From an uncultured Bdellovibrionales bacterium (GTDB lineage Bacteria > Patescibacteriota > Minisyncoccia > Moranbacterales > UBA2206), in NCBI GenBank assembly GCA_964636505.1, contig CAZWRY010000003.1, positions 4,871 to 68,870 of the forward strand: a DNA stretch of 64,000 bases. The letters are read 5' to 3'. This document shows, in pieces, positions 29,197-39,018 of the stretch. The position numbers were made by a program, and so were the translations under genes. Positions within the stretch are counted from its first letter, which is position 1; every line of letters starts with the position of its first letter. The notes under the pieces are model-generated. The model searched no databases, was not told the origin of the DNA, and worked only from the letters and a program-made list of their open reading frames with translations.

Positions 29197-29282
29197 ACTT
29201 CTTTATTTTATCTCATTGAAGGCAAAAAATAAAGCCCTTAGCTACTATATACGAAATACCAAATACGCTATACTATAAATAC

Positions 29283-29726
29283 ATGAGCGCATTAGCCTAC
29301 AACAAAAGAGCCAATTTTGACTACCAGATCTCGGACAAATACGAGGCGGGTTTGATTTTGACCGGACAAGAGGTAAAGTCCATAAAAACCGGCCACGTCA
29401 GTCTCAAGGAGAGCTTCGTAACTGTTAAAGGCAATGAGCTCTATTTGACTAACGCCAATATCCCTTTTTACCAGCATGCCGGCAAAGCCACCGGCTATGA
29501 TCCAACTCGATCTCGAAAGCTTTTACTCAAGAAGTCAGAAATAAAGCGTTTAATAGGCAAAGTACGCACCGAAGGCTTGACATTAGTACCAATTTCCCTA
29601 TATACTAAAAGACGACTATTAAAGCTTGAATTTGGCATAGGCAAAGGAAAAAAGAAAATTGATAAAAGACAAGTTATTTCCAAAAGAGAGGACAAAAGAA
29701 GAATACAAAGAGCCTTGCGCAGCTAA
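29283..29726 (+). CDS. smpB: SsrA-binding protein
   Basis: NKRANFDY, EAGLILTGQEVKS, DPTRSRKLLL, GKGKKKIDKR. Confidence 0.98.
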   Translation: MSALAYNKRANFDYQISDKYEAGLILTGQEVKSIKTGHVSLKESFVTVKGNELYLTNANIPFYQHAGKATGYDPTRSRKLLLKKSEIKRLIGKVRTEGLTLVPISLYTKRRLLKLEFGIGKGKKKIDKRQVISKREDKRRIQRALRS

Positions 29727-29728
29727 AT

Positions 29729-30119
29729 GGGGATGCTTGGCATCGACAGGTTGCACATTTATAATAAGCAAGTCGAGAATGATAATAACTCGTTAAAATC
29801 TTATCAAAATGATAAGTGCAAACTTATTTTCAAAAGCAAAGTCAGTATTAGCACAAGCTTTTACTTCAAATTTTGCTCTGTCTTTGGCTTAATTGCCGAA
29901 GACCATCGGTCTGTCGAATTCTAATAGACAGGTCTCCGGTGTTATACATTGGAATAGCTGATTAGATTTTTTCTTGAGTTTGATCAGTAAAACCAATCAA
30001 GAATAGACTGAAAAATTTTTGTTTGTTCATTACCTTCAGTCGAATCAACAAACAAACTAAACTTGTAGAATATTATAGGTTAACAACACTGGACATGGGT
30101 TCAACTCCCATCATCTCCA
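29729..30119 (+). ncRNA. ssrA: tmRNA; predicted tag ANLFSKAKSVLAQAFTSNFALSLA (29818-29892)
   Basis: 5' GGGGATG...TCGAC; 3' GGACATGGGTTCAACTCCCATCATCTCCA; G3:U; ATAAGT-GCA resume context; adjacent to smpB. Confidence 0.95.
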
Positions 30120-30150
30120 CTATGTAAAATAATAATTTAACACCAAATAT

Positions 30151-30681
30151 ATTAGAAGAGGACCAATAAAAAGAACTTTTGCAAAAAAAGTTCAAAGAGA
30201 AAAAGTAAACGAACAGATCAGAGCCTATCAAGTCCGCGTTATTGATGAGGCGGGCAACCAGTTGGGCATTATGTCGCCTAGCAAAGCTTTGGAAATAGCC
30301 AAAGAAAGGGAAGTTGATTTGGTAGAGGTTTCACCTTTGGCCAATCCCCCCGTTTGCAAGATAATGGACTATGGAAAATTTCAATATCAGCACGCGAAGT
30401 CCACTAAAGTTAAACAGAAAAAGATTGATGTCAAAGAATTGCGCATAGGTTTTAGAACAGATGATCATGATTTAGAAGTCAGAAGAAACCAAGCGGCCAA
30501 ATTTCTGGAAAAAGGCAATAAAGTAAAAGTGGAAATCAGACTCAAGGGCAGAGAAAAAATGCATCGGGATAAAGCCAAAACAAATTTAGACGCTTTCATT
30601 AAGACAATCCCGTTTGAATATAAAATTGAACAGGAAATAAAATCTTTTCCCGGAGGTTTCAACGCCGTCCTAATACCTTAG
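30151..30681 (+). CDS. infC: Translation initiation factor IF-3, probable ATT start
   Basis: NEQIRAYQVRVID lies in frame upstream of the track start; in-frame stop at 30133; no ATG/GTG/TTG before the conserved motif; DLVEVSP...PPVCKIMDYGK. Confidence 0.93.
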   Translation: MRRGPIKRTFAKKVQREKVNEQIRAYQVRVIDEAGNQLGIMSPSKALEIAKEREVDLVEVSPLANPPVCKIMDYGKFQYQHAKSTKVKQKKIDVKELRIGFRTDDHDLEVRRNQAAKFLEKGNKVKVEIRLKGREKMHRDKAKTNLDAFIKTIPFEYKIEQEIKSFPGGFNAVLIP

Positions 30682-30715
30682 ATTCTAAAATTAATATAAT
30701 AACAATTTCAATAAA

Positions 30716-30916
30716 ATGGCTAAACTAAAAACCAGAAAAGCTGCTGCCAAAAAAGTGAAACTTAGCAAAAAGGGAAAAATTTTGCGCAGAAAAAGCGGAC
30801 AAAATCATTACAATTCAAAAGAAACCGGAAAAAAGGGACGAGAAAAAAAAGGCGCAATCAGACTCTTCAAGGCTGATGAAGCCAATTACCTTAAAAGAGG
30901 TCTTCCATACGCCTAA
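30716..30916 (+). CDS. rpmI: 50S ribosomal protein L35
   Basis: MAKLKTRKAAAK..., position between infC and rplT. Confidence 0.93.
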   Translation: MAKLKTRKAAAKKVKLSKKGKILRRKSGQNHYNSKETGKKGREKKGAIRLFKADEANYLKRGLPYA

Positions 30917-30941
30917 AAACTAAGAACTAACAACCAATAAT

Positions 30942-31286
30942 ATGACAAGAGTTAAACGCGGAGTCGCCGCTTCAAAAAGAAGAAAAAATTTATTAGAAGA
31001 TGCCAAGGGTTATCGCTGGAACAGAAAAAATCTTTACCGCGAAGCCAAACAAGCTGTAATCAAAGCCGGCTCTTATGCTTTCAGAGACAGAAGAGTCAAA
31101 AAAAGAACTATGCGAAGACTTTGGATTACCCGTCTCAATATTGCCGTTCATAATTTTGGAATAAAATACAGCCAATTGATAAAAATTATGGCCGATAAAA
31201 AAATTGAAATTGACAGAAAAGTCCTTTCTCAAATGGCTATGGAAAACCCGGAAACATTTTCCAAGTTCATGGAAAAGGTAAAATAA
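30942..31286 (+). CDS. rplT: 50S ribosomal protein L20
   Basis: MTRVKRG, AKGY, YAFRDRR, RRLWITRLN, DRKVLS. Confidence 0.98.
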   Translation: MTRVKRGVAASKRRKNLLEDAKGYRWNRKNLYREAKQAVIKAGSYAFRDRRVKKRTMRRLWITRLNIAVHNFGIKYSQLIKIMADKKIEIDRKVLSQMAMENPETFSKFMEKVK

Positions 31287-31295
31287 TCGAAAACT

Positions 31296-31327
31296 AAAAA
31301 CGTCTCGGAATAACCGAGACGTTTTTT
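31296..31327. terminator. Bidirectional intrinsic terminator
   Basis: AAAAACGTCTCGG-AATAA-CCGAGACGTTTTT between convergent genes. Confidence 0.9.
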
Positions 31328-31339
31328 TATTTTTGGAGT

Positions 31340-31522
31340 CTATTTTTTCCCGCCGAAAACTTCCTTGGAAAGTCTCCAGAGACCATAGAAAGGTAGCCAA
31401 ATCCAAAGTACTTTACGCACCCATTTATCCAAAAATTTGTTGGAGTTTCCCATTCTGAGCATGTCGATAAAGAAGTACAGAAAAAAAACGACAACTATTA
31501 TTAAAGCAATAGATAGAACCAT
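31340..31522 (-). CDS. Small membrane protein
   Basis: Hydrophobic N-terminus from MVLSIAL, LWIWLPF motif; start uncertain. Confidence 0.55.
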   Translation of the reverse strand: MVLSIALIIVVVFFLYFFIDMLRMGNSNKFLDKWVRKVLWIWLPFYGLWRLSKEVFGGKK

Positions 31523-31567
31523 AATGTTAACAAAAAATTTACAACTAAATTCTAGCACAAACCGGGT

Positions 31568-32392
31568 TTATTCCAAAACAATCATAGCCTTATCGCCTTT
31601 TTCTATATCTTCCTTTTTGCCTGGAAAGTCATGAATGGCTTTATAAAGCAAATCAATATCATATTTGTAATTTTGGCCTCTTTTTGTTCCGGGATCATTA
31701 GTAATAATTTTATTTCCTTCATACCCAACTAAAACGAGGTTGTGATACAGGGGCCCTGGCGGAGTAAAATTAGGATTTCCCAAGAGTCTTCCGGCTGCCG
31801 GAACAATAATTGGGTTGCCCTTGGAAAGATATTCCTTCAGATCTTCCTTTTTAAAATCATAAATCACTTCGAATCTCAGCCCATTTTTTGGTTGGCCATA
31901 AAAATCGACAAACATTTTCATTGTTTGTTCGGCGTTGGTATCTCGATAATCCCCATATTTCTTTATTTGAAATTTAACCAAATCTTGAATTTCATTTTCA
32001 GCAACTTGAGGCGTCAATTCTTTTTTGTCCAGGAAATATTTGACCATAACAATCGATGCTTCTTCACAAGCTTCTTCGTGCAATTCATCCCATACCGCAA
32101 AAGGTGCCTGAGATGTAAAAGGAACCTTAATCAAAAACTTATCCGGGATTTTTTCTTCCCCATTATCTTTTACTTCTTTTATATTTGTGCCGCTTTCATT
32201 GTTTTCATTTTCTTGAATATCTTTTTTTTCCTCATTTTCAACTTTATCTTGGCTATCATTTTGAACAGTATTTTCTTGAGGGGCGTTTGTCTCTTTTTTA
32301 TTTTGGCTTTTAAGAAACAGGAAAAAGCCACTAATTAGAATTAGCACCAAAATCAACGCAAAAACTATTTTTTTAATCATGGATGTATTCAT
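31568..32392 (-). CDS. Membrane-anchored C39-like cysteine peptidase
   Basis: VPFTSQAP, EACEEAS, YHNLVLVGY, ITNDPG. Confidence 0.8.
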   Translation of the reverse strand: MNTSMIKKIVFALILVLILISGFFLFLKSQNKKETNAPQENTVQNDSQDKVENEEKKDIQENENNESGTNIKEVKDNGEEKIPDKFLIKVPFTSQAPFAVWDELHEEACEEASIVMVKYFLDKKELTPQVAENEIQDLVKFQIKKYGDYRDTNAEQTMKMFVDFYGQPKNGLRFEVIYDFKKEDLKEYLSKGNPIIVPAAGRLLGNPNFTPPGPLYHNLVLVGYEGNKIITNDPGTKRGQNYKYDIDLLYKAIHDFPGKKEDIEKGDKAMIVLE

Positions 32393-32398
32393 GAGCTG

Positions 32399-33535
32399 TT
32401 AATATATAATAACTGGCGTATTGATTTCTGTCCATTCGAAAACTCTTTGGGCCGGTCCAACCCCCAAACGTACACAACCATGCGAAACCGGAATACCCAG
32501 GTGATTAGCACCTTCTTTGTAGCCACCTGGCCACTCTGGAAGCTCGTGAATTCCAAATTTTCCATCTGGAACTATTGCCATCCAATACGGCATATAAAGA
32601 CCATAAGTTTTAGACCAGACCCTGAGGGCTTTATTTCTAATAGCATACTCCCCGATTGGAGTATTCATGCCCTGTTTTCCGGAAGAGACAAGAAAAGCAT
32701 CCAATAGCTTGCCCTCTTCAAAAATAGTCATCACTTGGCTAGACAAATTAATATCAATATATTTGCCGGTTTTTATTTTAGGACGCGTATATTTCTTGGC
32801 TTGAGCAAGTCTCAAAACAAAATCTTTCTCCCAACTTTGGGGCGCCTGGGGTAAAGTCTCAAAAGAGCTTTCATAAATTGATTTGTAGTTTTCATCTTTA
32901 TCATCCTTTTGTTTAATAACTACTTTAAAATTGTATTTTTTGCCGCTTTCTATTTCACTTCCGTTTTTGGGCAAGATCTTAAACTGTGTTTTTTCCGGAT
33001 TAATTTCATAGACAATGTCTATCTTGGGCTCAATAATAAAGGAGACATAAAACCCTTCAAATGTGCGGTCAAAGTCAACAACAACCGGATCTTCAATATC
33101 AAACAAAACTTCCTTGGCATCATTTGTTGGAATAAAATTTTTAACTTGCGGATATTCAATAGTTGAAAATTCAATTTCACTGGCTTTTGTTTTATTGAAA
33201 AAAATATTTCGTCCGGCTGGCAAAATAATCTTGTATTTAGTTTCTGGCTTCCAAAATTTTTGAGGAGAAATGATCAGTTTTTTATTTGAATTTTTCCAGG
33301 CAATATCAATGTCTTCCTTGGGATAAACTTCGATTGGTCCCTCAAGCTTTGAGAGGAGCATGATTGCAGAAAAATCCAAAACAACTGCCTCAGTCGGATT
33401 GACATCCTGGCTGCGAGAAAGCTTTATCTCGGTATTAAAAAACTTTTCCGAGCCAGACACAAAATAGAACCCGGCCAAAAAACTGAGCAGCATGATTAAC
33501 AAAATTAAGAATATTTTTACAAATATTTTCATCAT
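32399..33535 (-). CDS. L,D-transpeptidase (YkuD) with N-terminal TM helix and Ig-like domains
   Basis: IDINLSSQ, VSSGK, TPIG, GIHELP...SHGCVRL. Confidence 0.92.
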   Translation of the reverse strand: MMKIFVKIFLILLIMLLSFLAGFYFVSGSEKFFNTEIKLSRSQDVNPTEAVVLDFSAIMLLSKLEGPIEVYPKEDIDIAWKNSNKKLIISPQKFWKPETKYKIILPAGRNIFFNKTKASEIEFSTIEYPQVKNFIPTNDAKEVLFDIEDPVVVDFDRTFEGFYVSFIIEPKIDIVYEINPEKTQFKILPKNGSEIESGKKYNFKVVIKQKDDKDENYKSIYESSFETLPQAPQSWEKDFVLRLAQAKKYTRPKIKTGKYIDINLSSQVMTIFEEGKLLDAFLVSSGKQGMNTPIGEYAIRNKALRVWSKTYGLYMPYWMAIVPDGKFGIHELPEWPGGYKEGANHLGIPVSHGCVRLGVGPAQRVFEWTEINTPVIIY

Positions 33536-33546
33536 TCCAACAAATT

Positions 33547-34563
33547 CTATTTATTTTTTGCAAATTCAACTCTGGCTGCATCCCAAACCTCTGGATGATT
33601 TTGTTTTTCTTTTAGCCAATACCACCATTCAATTCCCCAAATGTAAATATCGGAAAATCCAACTTTCTTGGCAAAATTAATATTATCCACCAAACGAACA
33701 TCATTCATTGATGCAAATTGTTCAGAGAGAGGAACATTAATCGTCCAGCCGGAAACCCATGGCTCTCCCTGCAATTCAACAACAATGGCATTTTTTTGCC
33801 CGGTTAATATTCTGGATAACCAATATTTAAAATGAAAAAATCTTGGCCCGATTGGATAGTCAAAATAACCGACTTTTTCACTCCAAATGTAACGATACAT
33901 GGTTGTCCCGAAAACATCCGCTCTTTTGGCTGCTGAAACCCACAGACTCAACTCCCCACTGTCGGTTACAATCACTTTCCTATTTGGATCTTTGGCCCTG
34001 ACTAAGGCTATTTCCATATCCAATAGATTGGTGTCCAGTTCTGGACAGATGCCAAATTTAAGAAACGGTTCGTTTTCAACTTGCCAGAACTTTATTTCTG
34101 GATGATTTTTATATCGCTCAATAGTAATATCAATAAAGCGCAGTAACTCTCTTTTTCTTTCTTGATCATTTTGCGCCGCCCAAACAGGAATAAAACACTC
34201 CGGCCAACGAGGCACCTTTTGTCCAGTAACCAGAATAATCTCTGCCTTTCTCTTGGCCGCTTCATCCAATTGCCAATCGATAGCTGAAAAATCATATTTT
34301 CCTTTTTCCTTTTCCACCAGATCCCAGTATACCGGAATTCTTATTTTTTTAACCTTCAAATCATCCAGCGCGGCAATGAAGGCTTCTTTCCAGTCCAATC
34401 CAATGTCCTGAGCATAACGATAAGAAAAAGTCACTCCCAACTGAGCATCGTTATTCATTTTCTCAACTGGAAAATTGAAATAAGCCAAAAGAAGTAAGGC
34501 CAAAACAATAATCGACAAAAAAATCCAAGCAATTATTTTTAATATTCTTTTAAATATTTGCAT
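33547..34563 (-). CDS. Membrane-anchored clan GH-A-like glycoside hydrolase
   Basis: IRIPVYWD, GKYDFS, WQVENEPF (acid/base), ELQGEPW (nucleophile). Confidence 0.7.
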   Translation of the reverse strand: MQIFKRILKIIAWIFLSIIVLALLLLAYFNFPVEKMNNDAQLGVTFSYRYAQDIGLDWKEAFIAALDDLKVKKIRIPVYWDLVEKEKGKYDFSAIDWQLDEAAKRKAEIILVTGQKVPRWPECFIPVWAAQNDQERKRELLRFIDITIERYKNHPEIKFWQVENEPFLKFGICPELDTNLLDMEIALVRAKDPNRKVIVTDSGELSLWVSAAKRADVFGTTMYRYIWSEKVGYFDYPIGPRFFHFKYWLSRILTGQKNAIVVELQGEPWVSGWTINVPLSEQFASMNDVRLVDNINFAKKVGFSDIYIWGIEWWYWLKEKQNHPEVWDAARVEFAKNK

Positions 34564-34820
34564 TTTGCTTTTTATTTTATTTTTTTAAATATTTTTTATT
34601 TGTCTCAAAATATTAATTTTAATTAAATATTTTCTGTTTTTTGACGCCTTGTAATTTATTTCAAAAAATAAATCTGGTCATATTATTTTTTGCTTTCTAA
34701 TGCCTTGTAGACTTTCTTTAAAGGTAACATATATAGCGAGCCATGAAATAATACAAAAAATAAATGTTTATTCGATAGTTAGTTAAGTAAAAAATAATAT
34801 AATCAGATTTATGCTCTCCG

Positions 34821-35747
34821 CTACTTCACAGATATCAAGACTATACCTGCCACAATAATACAAATGGACAATGTTTTATGCAAAACATTTTTAAGAGTTC
34901 TCTTTTCTTGAAAAATGGCTGGGAACTTTGCAGAAAGTGTTATACCCACAACGAAGACAAAAACCGCTTCCAACGAAGCCATTGCATTGACTACCGCCAC
35001 GCTTCCCAGCGATACTGCAAAATGTGTGAGAGCCGACCCAATTCCCCCAAGAATTTTGTTGGCTACAAAAAGCACTCCTGTGCGTCGATTTTCTTTTTTC
35101 AAATAATTAGACCTTTGAAATGATTTGAAAATGTCTTTACGCCACACAGGAAAAAGTAAAAGACTGAGAGCTCCAATTGTAAGACCCAAACGCGTCCAGA
35201 TGAAAACATTGAAAAAATTATCTTGCTCATATAAATATTTAAAGATCGAAAAAGCCACCGCGATAAGAACGCCAGCCAAAACAGTCAAATGAAAACCTTT
35301 AAACGTTTTTCTGGGCTCGAAACTTCCAGAAAAAAACTGCAATGATAAAAATAACCCTCCAAAAATTAAAAGAGCAACCCCAAAAATCGCTCTCATTGAA
35401 AATACTTCTCCCAAAAAAAGTGTAGAAGTAATTATAGTTGTAATCGGAATAATAGCCATTACTATTGGCGTAACTCGACTGGCTTCGTTTTTTTCTATGG
35501 CTGTAAAAAGACAAAAAATGCCATAAATAAACATTATTCCTGACAAAATATTCCAGACCAATTGGCTAAAACCAATTAAATGAAACCCGAAGGGAAAAAG
35601 AGCAAAAGTAAAAAGACTCATGAGGCCAACATAGAAAGTATAGGTAGCCGGCTCGGAAACCCGATTCGTGGTCAACATGAATTTATCCAGAATTGTCTGG
35701 AGCGCTACCAAAAAGTACGCAGCAATAGCAACAAAAATATAAAACAT
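34821..35747 (-). CDS. EamA/DMT family transporter
   Basis: About 10 TM helices in two repeats, FLGE motif. Confidence 0.85.
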   Translation of the reverse strand: MFYIFVAIAAYFLVALQTILDKFMLTTNRVSEPATYTFYVGLMSLFTFALFPFGFHLIGFSQLVWNILSGIMFIYGIFCLFTAIEKNEASRVTPIVMAIIPITTIITSTLFLGEVFSMRAIFGVALLIFGGLFLSLQFFSGSFEPRKTFKGFHLTVLAGVLIAVAFSIFKYLYEQDNFFNVFIWTRLGLTIGALSLLLFPVWRKDIFKSFQRSNYLKKENRRTGVLFVANKILGGIGSALTHFAVSLGSVAVVNAMASLEAVFVFVVGITLSAKFPAIFQEKRTLKNVLHKTLSICIIVAGIVLISVK

Positions 35748-35754
35748 AAAAAAA

Positions 35755-36984
35755 TTATGAATTATTTTTAATTATTTCTTTATAAGCATAAAAACTTTTT
35801 CTAGGTTTTCTTTCCAGTGTTTTGTAATCAATTTCAATAAGACCAAATCTTGGCTCATAGCCATATAGCCATTCAAAGTTATCAAACAATGACCAAAAAT
35901 TATAACCCTTAACATTTACTCCTTCTTTTATGGCTTTTTGCACAAAAACCAAATGTTCTTCAATAAATTTTATTCTCTCTTCATCATCAAGCCCTTCTCC
36001 TGTTGGTACTCCATTTTCAGTAATATAAATTGGGAGCTTGAATTTTTCACTTGCCTCTTTGAGAACTAAATAAATTCCTTTCGGGTAAGAAATCCATTTC
36101 ATCACATTTTTCTCGTCTTCTTCAATTGAAAAGCCAAAATAAGTTTGATTTTGAGTGTCTAATTTAATATTTTTCAAATCAAATCTGATTTTCCCTAAAC
36201 GATAATAATCAACCCCAATAAAATTTTGAAAGCCTTTTATTTTTTTACCCAAAAGATCTATGCGATACCATTGGGCAATCCTATTAATAGCATTCAACAA
36301 AATTCCAAAACCTTCCGATTCATACCAATTATACAGATAGGTAATTCCGACCTGAGCATCTGGATTTATTTTATGAATATTTTTATATACCTCTCTATGT
36401 GCCGCCGCTATATGGTTTACTGCTTGGATAAATTTGAACGGATTTTTATATCCTGGAGGAAAAACTCCACCCAAAAAACCCTGCCCCAAAGGAACCATCG
36501 GCTCATTAAAAGTAATGAAAATATCAATGAAATTTCCCAATTCTTCCGCTATTTTTTCTGCATATCGAGAAAAAATTTCTACAGATTTTTTGCTTTGAAA
36601 TCCGTATTTTTTTTGAAACCAGATTGGACTACTCCAATGCCAAAGAGTCACTTGAGTTTTGATATTTCGATCTTTCAAATCTTGCAAAATTTCCCGATAA
36701 TGGCCAATAGCCTCTTGCGAAAACTCCCCTTCCTTAGGTTCAATTCTTGCCCATTCTATTCCCAAGCGGAACAACCCACATCCCAACTCAGAAACAAAAT
36801 CATGATCACTTTTGTAGCGATTCCAATAATCACAAGCCAAGCCTGACTCATTTTTAGCTTTTCCGGTTTTTTCCCATTCCCACCAATCAGAATTTGAATT
36901 ACCGCCTTCAATCTGATAAGCCGACGTTGCCACCCCCCACAAAAAATCTTTGGGAAATTTTAATAAGTTTTTGTTTTCTTCCAT
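35755..36984 (-). CDS. Glycoside hydrolase family 1
   Basis: FPKDFLWGVATSAYQIEG, TFNEP, IYITENG, DNFEW. Confidence 0.96.
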   Translation of the reverse strand: MEENKNLLKFPKDFLWGVATSAYQIEGGNSNSDWWEWEKTGKAKNESGLACDYWNRYKSDHDFVSELGCGLFRLGIEWARIEPKEGEFSQEAIGHYREILQDLKDRNIKTQVTLWHWSSPIWFQKKYGFQSKKSVEIFSRYAEKIAEELGNFIDIFITFNEPMVPLGQGFLGGVFPPGYKNPFKFIQAVNHIAAAHREVYKNIHKINPDAQVGITYLYNWYESEGFGILLNAINRIAQWYRIDLLGKKIKGFQNFIGVDYYRLGKIRFDLKNIKLDTQNQTYFGFSIEEDEKNVMKWISYPKGIYLVLKEASEKFKLPIYITENGVPTGEGLDDEERIKFIEEHLVFVQKAIKEGVNVKGYNFWSLFDNFEWLYGYEPRFGLIEIDYKTLERKPRKSFYAYKEIIKNNS

Positions 36985-37022
36985 ATCCCCAATTTTACAC
37001 TATTTACCCATATTTTACGAAT

Positions 37023-37048
37023 AAAAAAACAGCCAGTGTAATTGGCTG
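37023..37048 (-). terminator. Intrinsic terminator
   Basis: CAGCCA/TGGCTG stem plus T7 on the minus strand. Confidence 0.75.
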
Positions 37049-37066
37049 AATTTTAATAAAAGTATT

Positions 37067-37780
37067 TTAGTTTAGCATACGATAATAATGATCCACGTCT
37101 GAAATCCATTTTCTAACTCCGGAAGGATCGTGACCAGCGCAGCTGGAACCACATTTCCAAACTACCATTTCTGAAGGTGTATTAATATTCTGTGCTAAAA
37201 GCTTTTCTATCTTGCCGCCGACTTCTTTCACAGCTTGCTCTGGAGTGTCAAAACAGCTATAGCCAGAATCTGTTTGATTATAGCTACCACGATAACCCCA
37301 GTAGTTAAAACAATCCCTGCCATCTTTTTTAGGCGAATATGTCCCCCATTTACTTTCCTTATTACCAATAGCCAAAAGATAGGCCGCTACTTTTTTATCC
37401 TTTTGATAAATAGCTTCAATCATCGCTTCAATTGGATGACCGGCTACCATTTCTCTGGCTTTAATTTTTTCTTCACTATCCTGAAATTTATTTTTTTTCT
37501 TTTTTATCTCTTCACAAATACTATTTTGTTTTTGACATTTCAGAACTTCTGGATTAAGTCCTTTGCCGATTCTGCTCAATGGATCAATATCTTTCAAGGA
37601 AACTTTTTCATTGGGCAGGCTTTTGGCCTGTGCGTCAAGGTCAAAAAAGAGATAAAAAAACAGACCCATACAGAGTATGAGAATGAATGAAACTAATAGA
37701 ATATTCTTTTTTTGCTTTATTGGTGCCCCCTCTAATCTGCCCCTCCATCTTTGCAGATTCTCCAGAAAATAGTCATCCAT
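37067..37780 (-). CDS. Membrane-anchored putative lysozyme-fold protein, paralog 1
   Basis: TM helix; AIGNKESKWG, CFNYWGYRG, WKCG; start set at MDDYF, downstream of a TTGACA-N17-TAACAT promoter. Confidence 0.6.
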   Translation of the reverse strand: MDDYFLENLQRWRGRLEGAPIKQKKNILLVSFILILCMGLFFYLFFDLDAQAKSLPNEKVSLKDIDPLSRIGKGLNPEVLKCQKQNSICEEIKKKKNKFQDSEEKIKAREMVAGHPIEAMIEAIYQKDKKVAAYLLAIGNKESKWGTYSPKKDGRDCFNYWGYRGSYNQTDSGYSCFDTPEQAVKEVGGKIEKLLAQNINTPSEMVVWKCGSSCAGHDPSGVRKWISDVDHYYRMLN

Positions 37781-37893
37781 AGATTTACGCCCCTTTTGAG
37801 AGAATGTGTTTCTAGGCAACGTATCCTATGTTAGCAAAATATGAATATATTGTCAATAACCTAAAATAGCCTTAGATAGGCCTCTAATTTTGA

Positions 37894-38952
37894 CTAAACA
37901 GCTGATTTTGGGATAATAAATGAGTTTAAAAGAGTCCCATTTACCGAAAAAGTTTTGACCGTTATTTGCTCGCCTGCGACTTCAACTATGCCATAGCCTG
38001 ACCCAACAGAAGAATACTCGGCCGTCCCAGGCTTGGGAGGCAAATGGTTGAATGTGTCCGTATTTCCAAAAACAAATTGATAAATGCCCTCTACTTTTCT
38101 TCTGGATTGAATATGCTCATGTCCGGAAAAAACAGCTTTTACTTTGTGCTTTTTTAAAATTGACCAAAGTTCATTGCGATCGTGTGGATTCTTATCCAGA
38201 CTTTCCCCTATTTTGGAATTGGTTGGATAGGCTGGTTCATGAAAAAATACGAAAACATTTTTTTGTTTGTTTTTGGCCAGATCACTTTCCAACCATTTTC
38301 TTTGGGCACCATTTATTTCGTTTTCCTTGGGATTATCGCTAGCCAGAGCCACAAAATGGGAATTGGCGTAATCAAAAGAATAAACCAGTTCTGAAAACCC
38401 AGCTGGACCATTATTGGGTAAATTGAAAAATTTCTGCCAAACTCTATCAGCTTTCTCTTCGCCAATCCTGTCGTGATTGCCTTGCACAGGGTATATTTTT
38501 TGTTTGAAAAAAGATTTCCACTTAGCCAGCTTGCCTTCACATTTACTGTCGCCATCACAGCTCGAAACAATATCCCCGGTCGCCAAAATAAAATCAACAT
38601 TTTGATTAGCAATGCTTCTGGAGGCCTTGGCCAAATTACCTGAAACATTATTGGGATCATTTTGAGTGTCGCCCACTAAAGCGAAGGAAAATTCGATTTC
38701 CTCTCCTTTTTCTGATTCAGCCGTCGCAACTTCTGGTTCCGTGACAGTTTTTTCTTGAATATCAGGATTATTGTCAGCTGCTGGCACTTCCACTTTTTCC
38801 TCTTGAGCCAGCGGCTTGACTACCCATGCATTTTGAGTTTTTTTCTGAGCATTAAGTCGCAGTTGTGCTATCAGAATGCCGGATCCGAACGATCCTCCGA
38901 CCAAGACCAAAAAGGCTACCATAGCCAATATTTTTTTAAGCGCAGGATTCAT
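37894..38952 (-). CDS. Calcineurin-like metallophosphoesterase with N-terminal anchor
   Basis: GDTQ, TGD, GNHD, FHEP, SGHEH. Confidence 0.92.
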   Translation of the reverse strand: MNPALKKILAMVAFLVLVGGSFGSGILIAQLRLNAQKKTQNAWVVKPLAQEEKVEVPAADNNPDIQEKTVTEPEVATAESEKGEEIEFSFALVGDTQNDPNNVSGNLAKASRSIANQNVDFILATGDIVSSCDGDSKCEGKLAKWKSFFKQKIYPVQGNHDRIGEEKADRVWQKFFNLPNNGPAGFSELVYSFDYANSHFVALASDNPKENEINGAQRKWLESDLAKNKQKNVFVFFHEPAYPTNSKIGESLDKNPHDRNELWSILKKHKVKAVFSGHEHIQSRRKVEGIYQFVFGNTDTFNHLPPKPGTAEYSSVGSGYGIVEVAGEQITVKTFSVNGTLLNSFIIPKSAV

Positions 38953-39018
38953 ATATGGTAATTATACCACAACACCCCAGCTATAAACCCCGCCCAAAGC
39001 TAATCTCTGGAGTAAATT

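Noticed and set aside
29727-29924. 65-aa ORF after smpB
   Set aside because: Lies within tmRNA, in a different frame from the tag.
34781-34808. Possible dif-like site in the AT-rich 34564-34820 spacer
   Set aside because: Arms match each other and the Xer consensus only weakly, and gene orientation does not change here.
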